A DNA stretch of 64,000 nt from Candidatus Poribacteria bacterium (GCA_965218095.1 OZ244587.1:4960001-5024000); one strand, 5' to 3'; numbered from the stretch's first letter, positions 29,667 through 40,802 are shown. A program made the numbers and translations. Notes: generated by a model from the letters alone, not told the origin.

Positions 29667-32600
29667 ATGAGTAACAAGAAGTTGGTTTATTTTTTAATGG
29701 TATCGCTTGTCTATGGTTTAATTGCAGGTGGCGTTGCCCATGGACAGTCTACCGGTACTTTCACTATTGAAGGAACAGTCATGAATGCCGCCGGCGAGCC
29801 TGCCGCCGGACTTCAGATAGAAGCAGACACGATTAGCGAGTTTATTCCTTATACTTCGCGTGACAATGGCGCCTACGTACTCGGCTTTCTCTCCTTTACG
29901 AACGCTCAGATAAGTGTCGGAGATCAAATTCGAATAACTGCTACCGATTCTGACGGCAGCGAGGTCGGGAGAACAACCTATACAGTTACGGCGGCGGATG
30001 TAAACGCCAATAATGCGACTGTTGATATTACCCTTTCCGTTATTTCTGTTGAACCCAATCCGAGCGTACTCCCCGCCGACGGTGTTTCGACATCAACAAT
30101 TACGATAATGGTTCAAGAGGATGGAAATCCAGTCACCGGTGATACAGTAATGGTTTCCGCGGATAAAGGGGATGTCACCGAGGCTACGGAGGGTGAGAAC
30201 GGCGTTTACACAGCGACCTATACCGCTCCCTCTCTCGCCTTAACCGCCCCTGATGTCGCTCAGCTATCCGTGCGGTCAACCCAACTCGACCAGGAAGTGA
30301 TGGAATCCATCACATTGATGGTTGTTCCAACGACCGTTACGGTAACCGTTGACCTGGATACATTTAGCGCGGATACACCCGAAACCGCAGCGGTAACCGT
30401 CATGGTCAATCGAGGCGCCACCCGTGTCACCGATGAGACCGTCACACTGGCACTGTCCCGTAATGACGGCGGATCTGACATGGGAATGGTCAGTGAGGTA
30501 ACAAACAATGAGGACGGTGCGTATGCTGCGACCTACACCTCCGGGGGAATGGTTGGCAATGTAACACTCACCGCAATGGCAACCCAAGCCGGCGTTTCAG
30601 GGATGACGACAATTAGCATCAATGCGGGCCCGCCAGTCGCAATCATGCTCAGTGCAAACCCGGTAACGGTCTCAAGCGAAAGAGATTCCATCATAACCGC
30701 GACGGTTATGGATAGTGTCGGTAACGGTGTCGGCGGCTTGAGTTTGGCTGCGATCCCATCGGGCGATGGAATGCTCACTCCGTTTATGGAGGCAGCCGAG
30801 TTTGGCGTGTACACGGCGACTTATAGCGCGCCAGTCGTTGACGCGGATGGGACCGAAATGATTACGGTCATGACGGTCATGGCTGATAGCATTTCGGAGC
30901 AGTTGACCCTGAACCTCACCCCGATTCCTCCCAAAATGGTCACGATTCTGGTTGTGGAGGGGGTCGTCTATAAAGAGGATGGTGAAGTCCCCGCGGATGA
31001 CGTCAATGTGATGGTAACGGTCGGCGCGAATCCTCCCCAGATGGACCAAACCAAGGAGGATGGCTCTTTTTCGGTGGCGGTCGCTGATCTACTCGGGGGC
31101 GCTGCGGCAGGCACCGGCGAACTGGTTTCGATTGTTGTGACAGATGACACCGGCGCAGAACACGGCCCTTATATGTCTGTGCTAACGCATGAAGACCTTG
31201 GCGAAGAGGATTCTGCGACAGTCACATTCCCAAACGTGGTGACAGATATTGTGATTCCTCCCAGGTCGGTCACTATCTTGGTTGTGGAGGGGGGCGTCAC
31301 CAAAGCGGAGGGTACAGTCCCTGTGGAGGGTGTTGACGTAACGGTTACGGTCGGCGCGAATTCTCCCCAGATGGACCAAACCGAGGTAGATGGCTCTTTT
31401 TCGGTGGCGGTCGTGAATCTACTGGGTGCTGCGGGAAGCACCGGCGATATGGTTTCGGTTGTTGTGACAGATAGCACCGGCAAAGAACGTGGCAGCGAGA
31501 TGTTTATGCTGACAAATACACAACTCGGCGAAGGGGATTCTGCGACAGTCACACAGAATGTGGATACAGATATTGCATCCACTTCAACAGCCCTCGCTGT
31601 TAGCGGTACGGTCTACCTCAAAAACGGTGATGGCACTAAAACACCGGCGGCGAGCAACTCAATGGAGGGCGAACTGACCGTTGTTGTCACCAATAACACC
31701 CGCGACATGCCTATGAGCGGCTCCGTTGATGCCGACGGCAAATATTCCGTCCTATTCTTCACTATTCCGTCCACCACCGTTGCAGAAACGGACAACCAGC
31801 TCACTGTTGAGGTCAAAAATGACGCAGATGAGACGGTTGAGACAGCCATGCACACCCTGACCTCATTACAGATCGAAGCGAATCAGGTGCAAATTGATGT
31901 GGATACAGACCTTCCTGCCATAACAAAGCTACTGGCTATCGTCGGTAGCGTTGTCAATGTCGATGGTACTTCCGCCGGCCCGGGAGTTGGCGTAACACTC
32001 AGACTCCAGATGAACGGGATAGGCATGGAGGCGAAGACTGTCACAGACGCAGACGGCGGCTATAGAGATGTTTTCCTCGATCTGTTAATGCCAGTGGCAG
32101 CCACCGATAATATGTTGACGATTGACCTTTTACAAGAATCCACGGGATTCATTGGCCGTAGAGTGATCGAGTTGAGGTCCCAACAGGTCATTAGCCAGAA
32201 CCAGCCACTGGCCGTTGAACCGATTATGCTTGTTCCCCCCACTTTGAAGCTGGGTGGGCTTTCGATAAATCCCGAATACGCATTGGGTAGAACAATCTTC
32301 GGTATGTTGACTTCCATTATTAAAGACCTGGCCTCTGGCTTCCTACCACCGGGGGAGATGTTACCACCGGAATTGTTTGACCTACCGGGACTGTTGCCGG
32401 ATCTGCCGGCGGGATTTGACTCAACTAACGATGAAATCGATATGGAGAACTTCGGCAACGCCATCACGCCCAAACCGATATGGCATGTCGTGATAGAGGA
32501 TGAGCAGGCGGATCCCCGTCGATGGCTTAATGGAGATGCACTGAATCTGTATGTCATCGCTGGCCCGACTGCCAACAATGTGACCTTTATGCTCTCAGGG

Positions 32601-35600
32601 TCGCACTCCGAAACTGTTGAAGCCGTTCGAGTAGGCCCTGGCGACACTTTTAAGCGTACCTTCCGGTTGGAAGAAGAGCTCGCAGCTATCTTCTTCCCAT
32701 CAGGGGACATGCCGATCTTTTCATCAGCGACCTTGATGATGAACGGACAGCCGAGCCCTATGACATTGAATCAGATGGGGGTATGGGAAGCGGAAGCGTA
32801 TCTCGCGCCCGGTTCCAAAGTCTCTTACTACTACCAAGTTGATTTTGCCAATCCGTATTCAGACCCACTAACGGGCGAAACTATATCTAGCTTGTCGGTA
32901 CCTGATCTACGGAACCTACAACTTGAAGGGCTTGAAATTTTTGCAAACCTCCTCACAACGGCTCTCAACGCAGAGTTAGCATTAGATAATGTTCTCGATC
33001 CGCTCATCACGGCAATGGATCCAAAGATGGCGCTAAAGTTGATGTCTGTGTTTACCGTTCCGGAAGTAGATGAGTTACAATCCCTCTGGGTTGGCGGGTT
33101 CGATCTTACCGATGCTCCTGATGGAACGTATCAATTGGATACGGCTGTTGAATACGCAGGTAACTACGGAGATGAGATCACCGGCCAAATGTTTACTGTG
33201 GATCGGACAGCCCCCACAGCCGAAGCCATGCTAACTCTCGATATGCCCGGTGAGAACGCAAGCATGTATCAGCGCACCGATGGCGTCTATGTTGCCACAG
33301 CGGACCCGACCACTTCAGGGAACGCAACGTTAAACATCACGGCGACGCCAATGGGTGACCTATCCGATCTGGCGAGTTATCTGTCCCAGATAATTCCGTT
33401 AAACGACGACGGTATGCCGGCGGCCAATCAGATATGGCTTCCAGTGACGACGCTGGAGGGGCTGCCGTCGAACCAGATACCCATCCGCGATGAGATGGAT
33501 AATAGTCTAACGGGTAAATTTGGTCTTCGTACTATCGGTATTGATACTATCTTAAATGCCAGCTCCGACGCAGGTTCGTCGGTATCCGTGGATATCGTTC
33601 CCCCAGAGTCCGATATTGCTGAGGTGACCCGCGTGCAGGCCGATTACGACGGTGATGGCATGATGGACGGTCTCTTTGAAATGCAGTACGTACCCGATGG
33701 GGTGACAATCTTTTCAGACACGATGGTAATGCTTACCGTTGAAATTATGAAGCGTACCGCCCATCCATTGGAGTCGATCGTGGTCGAGTTCCAAATAAAC
33801 GGTGGTGACTGGCAACCCATCACTGTTTTCAGTGGAGCTACCCTTGTCAACGCCATGGGCGGAGATCAGTTTGACGTCATGTGGGACATCGGCGATTTTG
33901 AAACCCTTTCTGATATGAGGGACGGGGTGATGGTTCGCACCGTTGCGACCAACGCACTGCGCATCGAAGGTGAGTCAAGGGCAAACTTCGCGTACCAGCG
34001 TCGCCTATCACCTGAAATTGCTGCTGTTGGCGTTGAAGCGACAGACCTACACCCGGACAGCGGCGCGCCTCGTGGCGAAATCAAGATTCATGCGTTCACG
34101 CAGGGTCTTACCGCACCGCTCACAGCCGCGGTTCAGTTTGAGATTCGCCGTTCCCAAGATGCGATGTGGCAGCCCATTGGGACAGTCAACGCAGAAGATT
34201 CTACCACGACGAACCTTCGTGATCTGAGCGACCAAATTACTGTCATCGAAGATCTGGTTGATGCGGTTCTTGGGGGCGCTTCAAGCGCGGCAATTGCCCC
34301 ATTTTACCGGCTATGGTCTATCCCCTTGGATATCACCACCCTAGAAGATACCATCTTAGATGACAGTCCTGCTGAAGATGCCAACCCTTATGTTGTTCGA
34401 GCCATCGCTATTGATGTGGATGGCGCAGCGTATGAACCGGGAGAGGGCGCCAGAGAAGAATTTTCTGTGGACAACTTTTCTCCTATAAATATTATCGAAG
34501 TCACCAGTGAACTCGGTGTTGTTGATGCTGATGAAAACGGTATCTTCATCATTAGTGGTCTAGCTGACCCACAAGAGCAAGTTCTCGGCCCTATTGCAGT
34601 TCTTACCGCGTGGACTGGGGCGCATCCAGGGGGATTTCCAGGGGGAATGAAACTTTCCGCCAATATGCGCAATCCCGATGGAACACCTGGCGATTCAATG
34701 GATGTTGGTGATATTGGGTTTAGTTCATCAAGCAACTTTACATACACAGCAGAGATAGATTTAGGAATGCTTCCCAACGGAAGCTATCTCCTCCAGGCAG
34801 TGACGTTTGACGCAGATAGCAACCCGGAAGAGAGAAATGTCTCCATGTCAATTGGTGTTGATGTTGAGAATTTCATACCATCGGAAGATTTTGTTGTCGT
34901 CATTCCTGGGGAGGGTATTCCCCTCCTCCCAGACCCCGGGGTCGCTATTGTCTCCGTGATGAATCCGCGGTTCCCTGATATGGACAGAAGTGTGAGTGAA
35001 AATCGCACCGCATACCCAACAGGGTTCCCGGTTAAGGACATGTTTACCTTCACCCTGACCGTCCAGAATGTACGGGATGGTGAGATTGACGTCTTGATTG
35101 GTGATGAAGGGCGGTCCGCGCGTGAGGCAGGGGAGCTGACCATCGTACCACAGATGTCTGATGGGGGCATGACCTTCACCGTCACTCTTGATACCTCCCA
35201 ATTTTCTGAAGGTGGGTCTGTCCTGATAGGTGAGATTAACAAACAAAATGGTAGCGCTATATTCGGCCTGCCAGTCGTTAATATTGACAAGACTGGCCCC
35301 ACCGTTGCGATTTTATCACCGTTACCACAAAGGCAATTGAGCGCCCTGCCAACGATTCGTGGAACTTATGATGATGGTGATATGGGTGGCGGCATCGCTC
35401 CGGCTGACCTCATTGTTGACCTCATTGTAGCGATTAAATTGACTCGCTTGGTTGCCGAGGAAATGATTGACGCTGATCCAGCTAAGATTCACGTAACTCA
35501 AGCCACAGACGGTCAAATTTCAAGCGTGAAGGGTGATATTGTCTATACACGTGAAGAAGCTCTGCTAGGCGGCGCTTACCGCGCATCTATCACAGTGACA

Positions 35601-37145
35601 GACATTGCTGGAAATGAAGGCACAGCGGAAGTTGAATTCACAATAGAGGGAGGGGAGTTGGACACCACTCCTCCGGTGATTTCCGGGGCTTCTCCACAAG
35701 GTACGATCAAAGACTTTTCGGCGGCACTCTCCGCGCGGGTGATGGACGAAGAATCTGACATCACGCGGGTTACAATTTCCCTGAATGGTGACGACCCCAA
35801 GGAAGTATCAATCCCTGACGCGAGCCGTGATATAACCGCGAGCCGTGATGCGAAGTTTGGGCGTGGGACACACAGTGCAACACTCGTTGCGGAAAGTGCT
35901 GGCGGCGTCAAAACCCATACGTGGACATTTACAGTTGTGTTGGATAGTACCCCTCCAGTGATTTCTGCTGTTGCACCCCAAGGTCTTGTCAGAAAAGACT
36001 CAGTAACGCTTTCCGCAGTTGTGGTGGATGCAGAATCTGAGGTTACAAGTGTCACACTTGCACTCGACGGTAAAAGCGCTGAAAAGGTAAGGACACCGAC
36101 ACGCCGAGGCGGAGGCGTACTCCGTACTGAAAAAGGACTGAGTGAGGGCGTTCATAAGGTGACAATTGCTGCAGAGAGTCAAGGCGGCACTTCAACCCAC
36201 ACATGGACATTTACGGTTGATTTAGACGTGGCGCCGCCGGTAATCACGTCGACTGCCCCTTCTGGGACCGTCCGCACTGAAAAACCGGTGATTTCCGTAT
36301 CCGCAACCGATGATCGCTCCGGTATTCGTGAGATTATCGTCGTTGTTACCAACAGCACGGGAACCGCTCTTGTTACCAACAGCCGCCTGGGCGTTGCAGA
36401 GACGGACAGCAATCAGACCTACATTAGCTGGACACCGAGAACAGCGCTCAAAGAGGATACCTACACTGTTCGTGCTACCGTTAGAGACAACAGTAAGAAT
36501 GAAGCGTCCGCGAGTTGGAATTTCACCGTCGAATTTGACAAGATTCCACCGAGCGTCACCATTGTCGGTCCCCCACAGGAAGCCCGCATGCTGGAACGCA
36601 AACCGATGATTTCGGCGGCCTACACCGATAGTGTGTCGGGGGTTGATAAGGACTCGGTCAAACTCTGGTTTGACAGCGATCGTATTCCCTCGTATCGATT
36701 GACCGCAACTGCAAGTCAGGTTACGTTTAAGCCCTCAAAAGAGCTTGATGTGGGACGGCACACCGTCAAAATCGAAGTCTCCGACTTGGCGAAGCCTAAG
36801 TCCAACACAACGACTCAGGAGTGGAGTTTCATTGTCGAAAGTGAGGAGGGAATTGTAAATCCAAGGAACTACCCAAATCCATTTGTTGATGGGACTACGA
36901 TTGTTCTTACCCTCTCAAAGCAAGCAACCATAACTGTTGAGATTTACGATATTACGTCGCGGCTTGTCAGACAACTTGCCCAGGATGAACTGTGGGAGGC
37001 AGGTCCAGTAGCGTTCCTGTGGGATGGCAAGACAGCAGAGGGCGAGGCGCTGTCTAGAGGCGTTTACTTCTGCCAGATTACCATGCATAGTGATCTCAAG
37101 CCACAAACTGCTGTTTTGAAGATGGCATTGATACGTAACGAATAA
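29667..37145 (+). CDS. Giant secreted protein with invasin/intimin-like Ig domains and FlgD-like CTD
   Basis: AGGAGG RBS; signal peptide; PADGVSTSTITI...NGVYTATYTAP Big-1-like domains; DTTPPVIS repeats; NYPNPF...WDG...GVYF. Confidence 0.88.
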   Translation: MSNKKLVYFLMVSLVYGLIAGGVAHGQSTGTFTIEGTVMNAAGEPAAGLQIEADTISEFIPYTSRDNGAYVLGFLSFTNAQISVGDQIRITATDSDGSEVGRTTYTVTAADVNANNATVDITLSVISVEPNPSVLPADGVSTSTITIMVQEDGNPVTGDTVMVSADKGDVTEATEGENGVYTATYTAPSLALTAPDVAQLSVRSTQLDQEVMESITLMVVPTTVTVTVDLDTFSADTPETAAVTVMVNRGATRVTDETVTLALSRNDGGSDMGMVSEVTNNEDGAYAATYTSGGMVGNVTLTAMATQAGVSGMTTISINAGPPVAIMLSANPVTVSSERDSIITATVMDSVGNGVGGLSLAAIPSGDGMLTPFMEAAEFGVYTATYSAPVVDADGTEMITVMTVMADSISEQLTLNLTPIPPKMVTILVVEGVVYKEDGEVPADDVNVMVTVGANPPQMDQTKEDGSFSVAVADLLGGAAAGTGELVSIVVTDDTGAEHGPYMSVLTHEDLGEEDSATVTFPNVVTDIVIPPRSVTILVVEGGVTKAEGTVPVEGVDVTVTVGANSPQMDQTEVDGSFSVAVVNLLGAAGSTGDMVSVVVTDSTGKERGSEMFMLTNTQLGEGDSATVTQNVDTDIASTSTALAVSGTVYLKNGDGTKTPAASNSMEGELTVVVTNNTRDMPMSGSVDADGKYSVLFFTIPSTTVAETDNQLTVEVKNDADETVETAMHTLTSLQIEANQVQIDVDTDLPAITKLLAIVGSVVNVDGTSAGPGVGVTLRLQMNGIGMEAKTVTDADGGYRDVFLDLLMPVAATDNMLTIDLLQESTGFIGRRVIELRSQQVISQNQPLAVEPIMLVPPTLKLGGLSINPEYALGRTIFGMLTSIIKDLASGFLPPGEMLPPELFDLPGLLPDLPAGFDSTNDEIDMENFGNAITPKPIWHVVIEDEQADPRRWLNGDALNLYVIAGPTANNVTFMLSGSHSETVEAVRVGPGDTFKRTFRLEEELAAIFFPSGDMPIFSSATLMMNGQPSPMTLNQMGVWEAEAYLAPGSKVSYYYQVDFANPYSDPLTGETISSLSVPDLRNLQLEGLEIFANLLTTALNAELALDNVLDPLITAMDPKMALKLMSVFTVPEVDELQSLWVGGFDLTDAPDGTYQLDTAVEYAGNYGDEITGQMFTVDRTAPTAEAMLTLDMPGENASMYQRTDGVYVATADPTTSGNATLNITATPMGDLSDLASYLSQIIPLNDDGMPAANQIWLPVTTLEGLPSNQIPIRDEMDNSLTGKFGLRTIGIDTILNASSDAGSSVSVDIVPPESDIAEVTRVQADYDGDGMMDGLFEMQYVPDGVTIFSDTMVMLTVEIMKRTAHPLESIVVEFQINGGDWQPITVFSGATLVNAMGGDQFDVMWDIGDFETLSDMRDGVMVRTVATNALRIEGESRANFAYQRRLSPEIAAVGVEATDLHPDSGAPRGEIKIHAFTQGLTAPLTAAVQFEIRRSQDAMWQPIGTVNAEDSTTTNLRDLSDQITVIEDLVDAVLGGASSAAIAPFYRLWSIPLDITTLEDTILDDSPAEDANPYVVRAIAIDVDGAAYEPGEGAREEFSVDNFSPINIIEVTSELGVVDADENGIFIISGLADPQEQVLGPIAVLTAWTGAHPGGFPGGMKLSANMRNPDGTPGDSMDVGDIGFSSSSNFTYTAEIDLGMLPNGSYLLQAVTFDADSNPEERNVSMSIGVDVENFIPSEDFVVVIPGEGIPLLPDPGVAIVSVMNPRFPDMDRSVSENRTAYPTGFPVKDMFTFTLTVQNVRDGEIDVLIGDEGRSAREAGELTIVPQMSDGGMTFTVTLDTSQFSEGGSVLIGEINKQNGSAIFGLPVVNIDKTGPTVAILSPLPQRQLSALPTIRGTYDDGDMGGGIAPADLIVDLIVAIKLTRLVAEEMIDADPAKIHVTQATDGQISSVKGDIVYTREEALLGGAYRASITVTDIAGNEGTAEVEFTIEGGELDTTPPVISGASPQGTIKDFSAALSARVMDEESDITRVTISLNGDDPKEVSIPDASRDITASRDAKFGRGTHSATLVAESAGGVKTHTWTFTVVLDSTPPVISAVAPQGLVRKDSVTLSAVVVDAESEVTSVTLALDGKSAEKVRTPTRRGGGVLRTEKGLSEGVHKVTIAAESQGGTSTHTWTFTVDLDVAPPVITSTAPSGTVRTEKPVISVSATDDRSGIREIIVVVTNSTGTALVTNSRLGVAETDSNQTYISWTPRTALKEDTYTVRATVRDNSKNEASASWNFTVEFDKIPPSVTIVGPPQEARMLERKPMISAAYTDSVSGVDKDSVKLWFDSDRIPSYRLTATASQVTFKPSKELDVGRHTVKIEVSDLAKPKSNTTTQEWSFIVESEEGIVNPRNYPNPFVDGTTIVLTLSKQATITVEIYDITSRLVRQLAQDELWEAGPVAFLWDGKTAEGEALSRGVYFCQITMHSDLKPQTAVLKMALIRNE

Positions 37146-37258
37146 AACGCCATGATGTTTCCTGGCTCGTGAATCAACAAGGTTACGGGCCAGGAGACAT
37201 GTTGCGGTATGCGTAGGGCATAACATATCACGTTTTACCCCTTAAAAAGGAGGAGATA

Positions 37259-38200
37259 ATGTTTCAAATTAAGCGCAAATTGCTGTTTGGTTCAATAGGG
37301 CTTTTTGTTCTCCTATTTTCTTTTGCACCAGTCTGCTTCGCTGAAATTAACGCGGCGCCGCATTTAGGTATTGGCGCTGGTGCCCGAGCGCTTGGATTGG
37401 GTGGCGCATTTACAGCAATCGCTGACGATGCAACATCAACGATTTGGAATCCGGCGGGCTTGCCGTCAGTTGAAGATTTAACGATTACCGTCTCCACTGC
37501 AAAGTTGTCTTTTGATAGAAACCACAACTTCATCGGGATTGTCAAGAAACTCAGCGATAAAAGGGCATTAGGATTCTCAGTGATAAATGTGGGTGTAGAT
37601 GATATACCTCGCCGCAATAACCGAGATAGGGCAGGCGATCCCTTTAACTTCACTTCAAATGCTTTTGCGCTGTCTTTTGGCGTGGCTATTGGGCATTTTG
37701 GTATCGGGGCCAGCGGCCGCCTCCTAACCGATAGCTTTGGGATGGATGATGTTGATGGTTCAAGCGAAAGTGGTTTCGGTGGCGTGGATGTGGGAGTTCT
37801 CGCACACGCCTATTCCAATACTCTCAGTTTTGGAGCTGCAGTCAAAAATCTTGGCGGTTCAATCGCCGGCAACGACATTCCTGTTCTCTTGAATGGGGGC
37901 GTCGCATTTAAGGTTCTTCGGAAGCACGTTGCGACCTTCTCCGCTGATGTTGAACATGAGATTGTAGATTTGGCAGAAAGTACAACCGGCCTCCGTATCG
38001 GTGCTGAATACCTGATCGCGGATATGTTTGCCATTAGGGGCGGAGGGAGAGCAACAAAAGATCGCCGCAGTCTGTTCGTTGGATTTGGCGTCAATGTCGG
38101 TGGGCTTCAACTCGATTATGCCTTGAAAGCTGGCGATGACGCTGTTCATAAACTTGATGATGACAATACGCATTTTGTATCATTGTCTTATAGCTATTAA
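37259..38200 (+). CDS. PorV/PorQ (FadL-like) outer-membrane barrel
   Basis: GAGARALGLGGAFTAIADDATSTIWNPAGL; ends LDYA...HFVSLSYSY. Confidence 0.85.
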   Translation: MFQIKRKLLFGSIGLFVLLFSFAPVCFAEINAAPHLGIGAGARALGLGGAFTAIADDATSTIWNPAGLPSVEDLTITVSTAKLSFDRNHNFIGIVKKLSDKRALGFSVINVGVDDIPRRNNRDRAGDPFNFTSNAFALSFGVAIGHFGIGASGRLLTDSFGMDDVDGSSESGFGGVDVGVLAHAYSNTLSFGAAVKNLGGSIAGNDIPVLLNGGVAFKVLRKHVATFSADVEHEIVDLAESTTGLRIGAEYLIADMFAIRGGGRATKDRRSLFVGFGVNVGGLQLDYALKAGDDAVHKLDDDNTHFVSLSYSY

Positions 38201-38310
38201 TTCTCCGATGTACCAAGAGAATACTTCATATGAGGTGTGACATATTGCGCTTCATGTCTTATCAAATGATTCAACTTTTAACAACCTGATTCTACAAAGG
38301 AGAATATCCC

Positions 38311-39216
38311 ATGAACATGATGAAACTCCTCTTTCGCCTGTCGCTTATCCTTTATATCTGTATGTTTTTGACCGGGGCGCCGTTTGTTTTATCTGCTTCT
38401 GCCAAAATTACGCCGAAACCGAACATGGAAGGTACGAAGCTGATTATGATTGTAAAGGGCGATACCTTGTGGGATCTCGCTGGCAAACATATGAATAATC
38501 CATTTGTATGGGAGGACTTTAAGGAGTACAACGACTTTACGGATCCGGATTTGATTTATCCTGGCGAAAGCCTAAAACTCCCTAGCAAATTTATGTTGCC
38601 ACAAGATACAGCCGAAGCCATGGTAGAAGCCGAAATGGAAATGGCTGATGCGTTTATGACGAATGCCGACATTGAGGCTATCAAGACAGAGTTGGAAGAG
38701 GCTATCAAGACAGAGTTGGAAAGATCCGGCGCCGAGTTGACTTCTACGAGAGAGGCAATCCTTGGTCTCAAAAGCCAAATTGGAGAACTGATCAAGCAGA
38801 ATCAAATGCTTCAAAGCAATGTCCAGCAGTTACAAAATGGTCTCAATAATATGGAGATGCCAATAATGCCAATGAGCGACGCCGAAACCATGGAAGCCGT
38901 TGGCCGACTCAACGAAATGTTGATGAACCAAGCGGAAGCCAGCAAGATGGAGATTATGCAGGTTGGCAGCCGTATTAACAAGTTACAAGCAGGACTCAAT
39001 GAAATTGGCGAAACTCAGAAACAACAGGGCCGTGGCATAGATGCACTTAATGTCACCGCAAAATCGATCATGGGGGGGGTTGAGATGAACGCCAAGCTCT
39101 TAGGCAAGTGGGAAGAGCCGAGTACGAGTAAGTCGAAACGCGCCCTTGCCCTTCTGACAGCCGTGGCTGGAGGAACTGCTTGGTTTGTTGTCAATGCGAT
39201 AGACAGTTCGGACTAA
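38311..39216 (+). CDS. LysM peptidoglycan-binding coiled-coil membrane protein
   Basis: VKGDTLWDLA...DPDLIYPGESLKLP; coiled coil; C-terminal TM; 24-bp duplication at 38674-38721. Confidence 0.85.
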   Translation: MNMMKLLFRLSLILYICMFLTGAPFVLSASAKITPKPNMEGTKLIMIVKGDTLWDLAGKHMNNPFVWEDFKEYNDFTDPDLIYPGESLKLPSKFMLPQDTAEAMVEAEMEMADAFMTNADIEAIKTELEEAIKTELERSGAELTSTREAILGLKSQIGELIKQNQMLQSNVQQLQNGLNNMEMPIMPMSDAETMEAVGRLNEMLMNQAEASKMEIMQVGSRINKLQAGLNEIGETQKQQGRGIDALNVTAKSIMGGVEMNAKLLGKWEEPSTSKSKRALALLTAVAGGTAWFVVNAIDSSD

Positions 39217-39247
39217 CTCTTTTTCAACGGGTTACCTTTTACATTTC

Positions 39248-39316
39248 AGCAGGGAAAATGTTTGAGCCGGTTTTCTTTTTTAGGATTCCTCCTCAAGCAC
39301 GATCCCTGCTTTTTTT
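39248..39316 (+). terminator. Long interrupted hairpin with T-tail after the LysM gene
   Basis: AGCAGGGA...TGTTTGAG / CTCAAGCA...TCCCTGCT followed by TTTTTT. Confidence 0.5.
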
Positions 39317-39399
39317 ATTTTTCGTGTACAGATCCCCCCTAATTTTCGCTAATGGGTTGATGGGTTGCTTCAGGAAAGAATTGGTGCGAGCACAAATGT

Positions 39400-40002
39400 A
39401 TGAGCGATTCTGAACGATTTCACCACACAATTGATCGCCTTATCGAGTTGTACGGCGACCGCACCGAGGGAATCGGAGACGAGATCCGCGCCGGATTTGC
39501 TTGGATACAGGACACGAGGTTCGTTCTGATAGCAGGACATGCACAGCAGCCATCGAATTGGCGTCGTGTATTGCGGTTGTTCGACCTGGCTCAACAATTC
39601 AGGCGTCCAGTACTATTGTGGGATCTTTCGCTCCAAGTTGCACCGACAGATTCAAACTCCACTCTGCTAAGTCAGAATACAATCCAAAACAGCCAGTTGC
39701 GGCTGTTGAAGCTGTCGGCGCCAATCATTCGTGTTTTTGATAGGTTGGCTAGGGACTCACTCGGATCAGATTTAGCGATGGTTGATGCGGCTGTCCTCGT
39801 GGATGCCGAGAACGGAAATCAACAGCATTCGTCCATTTCGATGGGTGAAAACTTGCCTGTGCTGGTAAAGATCCGGGGTGATTCGTCCGACATCAAGTTG
39901 CATATTTTAGAAGCGCTGGATCAAATTTCGACAACGCCCGTCGAAACTTTGATTCAGCATCGAATCGATCGGGTATATAACATCGCCGAGCAAAATTATT
40001 GA
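39400..40002 (+). CDS. Degenerate AccA-like (carboxyltransferase alpha) protein
   Basis: IELYGDR, WRRVLRLFDLAQQFRRPV, LLKLSAPII, LIQHRIDR are colinear with AccA, but the DTPGA and GEGGSGGA motifs are absent. Confidence 0.6.
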   Translation: MSDSERFHHTIDRLIELYGDRTEGIGDEIRAGFAWIQDTRFVLIAGHAQQPSNWRRVLRLFDLAQQFRRPVLLWDLSLQVAPTDSNSTLLSQNTIQNSQLRLLKLSAPIIRVFDRLARDSLGSDLAMVDAAVLVDAENGNQQHSSISMGENLPVLVKIRGDSSDIKLHILEALDQISTTPVETLIQHRIDRVYNIAEQNY

Positions 40003-40129
40003 TTTCTAGCTGAGTTTATGCTAAACTTAATTTCACGATTCAAGAAACACGCTTGTGAAAGTCAAGGTTGGGCAGATCGCTTGCCCCCAGATTGCGCCTC
40101 CCCTGAAATATAGACAACGGATTTCATTC

Positions 40130-40756
40130 ATGTTTGAAGTTAAGCTAAGATCCAAAGTCGGGACGATACTCTCCCCCATTGCAGCGAAAATTGTATCACT
40201 CGGTATTACTGCGAATATGATCACGCTGCTCGGTTTGCTTGTGAGTCTGGTTGCCGCTTTTTGTTTGGCGACTGGACGGCTCGCATCGGCAGGGTTGTTA
40301 ATTTTAGTTGGAGCGAGTTTCGATATGATAGATGGCGCCGTTGCACGCGCCGAAACAATGACTAACTCGTCGGGGGCGTTACTAGATTCAGTGATCGATC
40401 GGTATTCAGAAGCAGTTATATTTCTGGGAGCCTTGATCTATTTTTATCATTTACCGAACTTCTCGGGGGTTATACTGGTTTTCGCCGCAGTGATTGGGTC
40501 GATACTTGTCAGCTATGTTCGTGCCAGAGCGGAAGGTCTTCAGATTGAGTGCAAGGTAGGACTGATGCAGCGTCCTGAGAGGGTTATTTTATTGGTGTTA
40601 GGCGTTTTGGCGCAAGGAGTTATCCCAGATAAATATGCATTTCTACAATCAAACGGCCTCATCCTCCTCGGTGTGTTTGCAATTCTTGCCGTAACTGCTC
40701 ATATCACCGCTATCTATCGACTCGTCTTCACTTTCCACGAACTGAGTGATCGTTGA
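40130..40756 (+). CDS. CDP-alcohol phosphatidyltransferase (PgsA/PIP-synthase-like)
   Basis: DMIDGAVAR...GALLDSVIDRYSE; SYVRARAEG; GLMQRPER. Confidence 0.92.
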   Translation: MFEVKLRSKVGTILSPIAAKIVSLGITANMITLLGLLVSLVAAFCLATGRLASAGLLILVGASFDMIDGAVARAETMTNSSGALLDSVIDRYSEAVIFLGALIYFYHLPNFSGVILVFAAVIGSILVSYVRARAEGLQIECKVGLMQRPERVILLVLGVLAQGVIPDKYAFLQSNGLILLGVFAILAVTAHITAIYRLVFTFHELSDR

Positions 40757-40802
40757 GTTCACCATTGAATTCAGTGTGAGGGCGTCATCTTAACGAAGAG
40801 GG

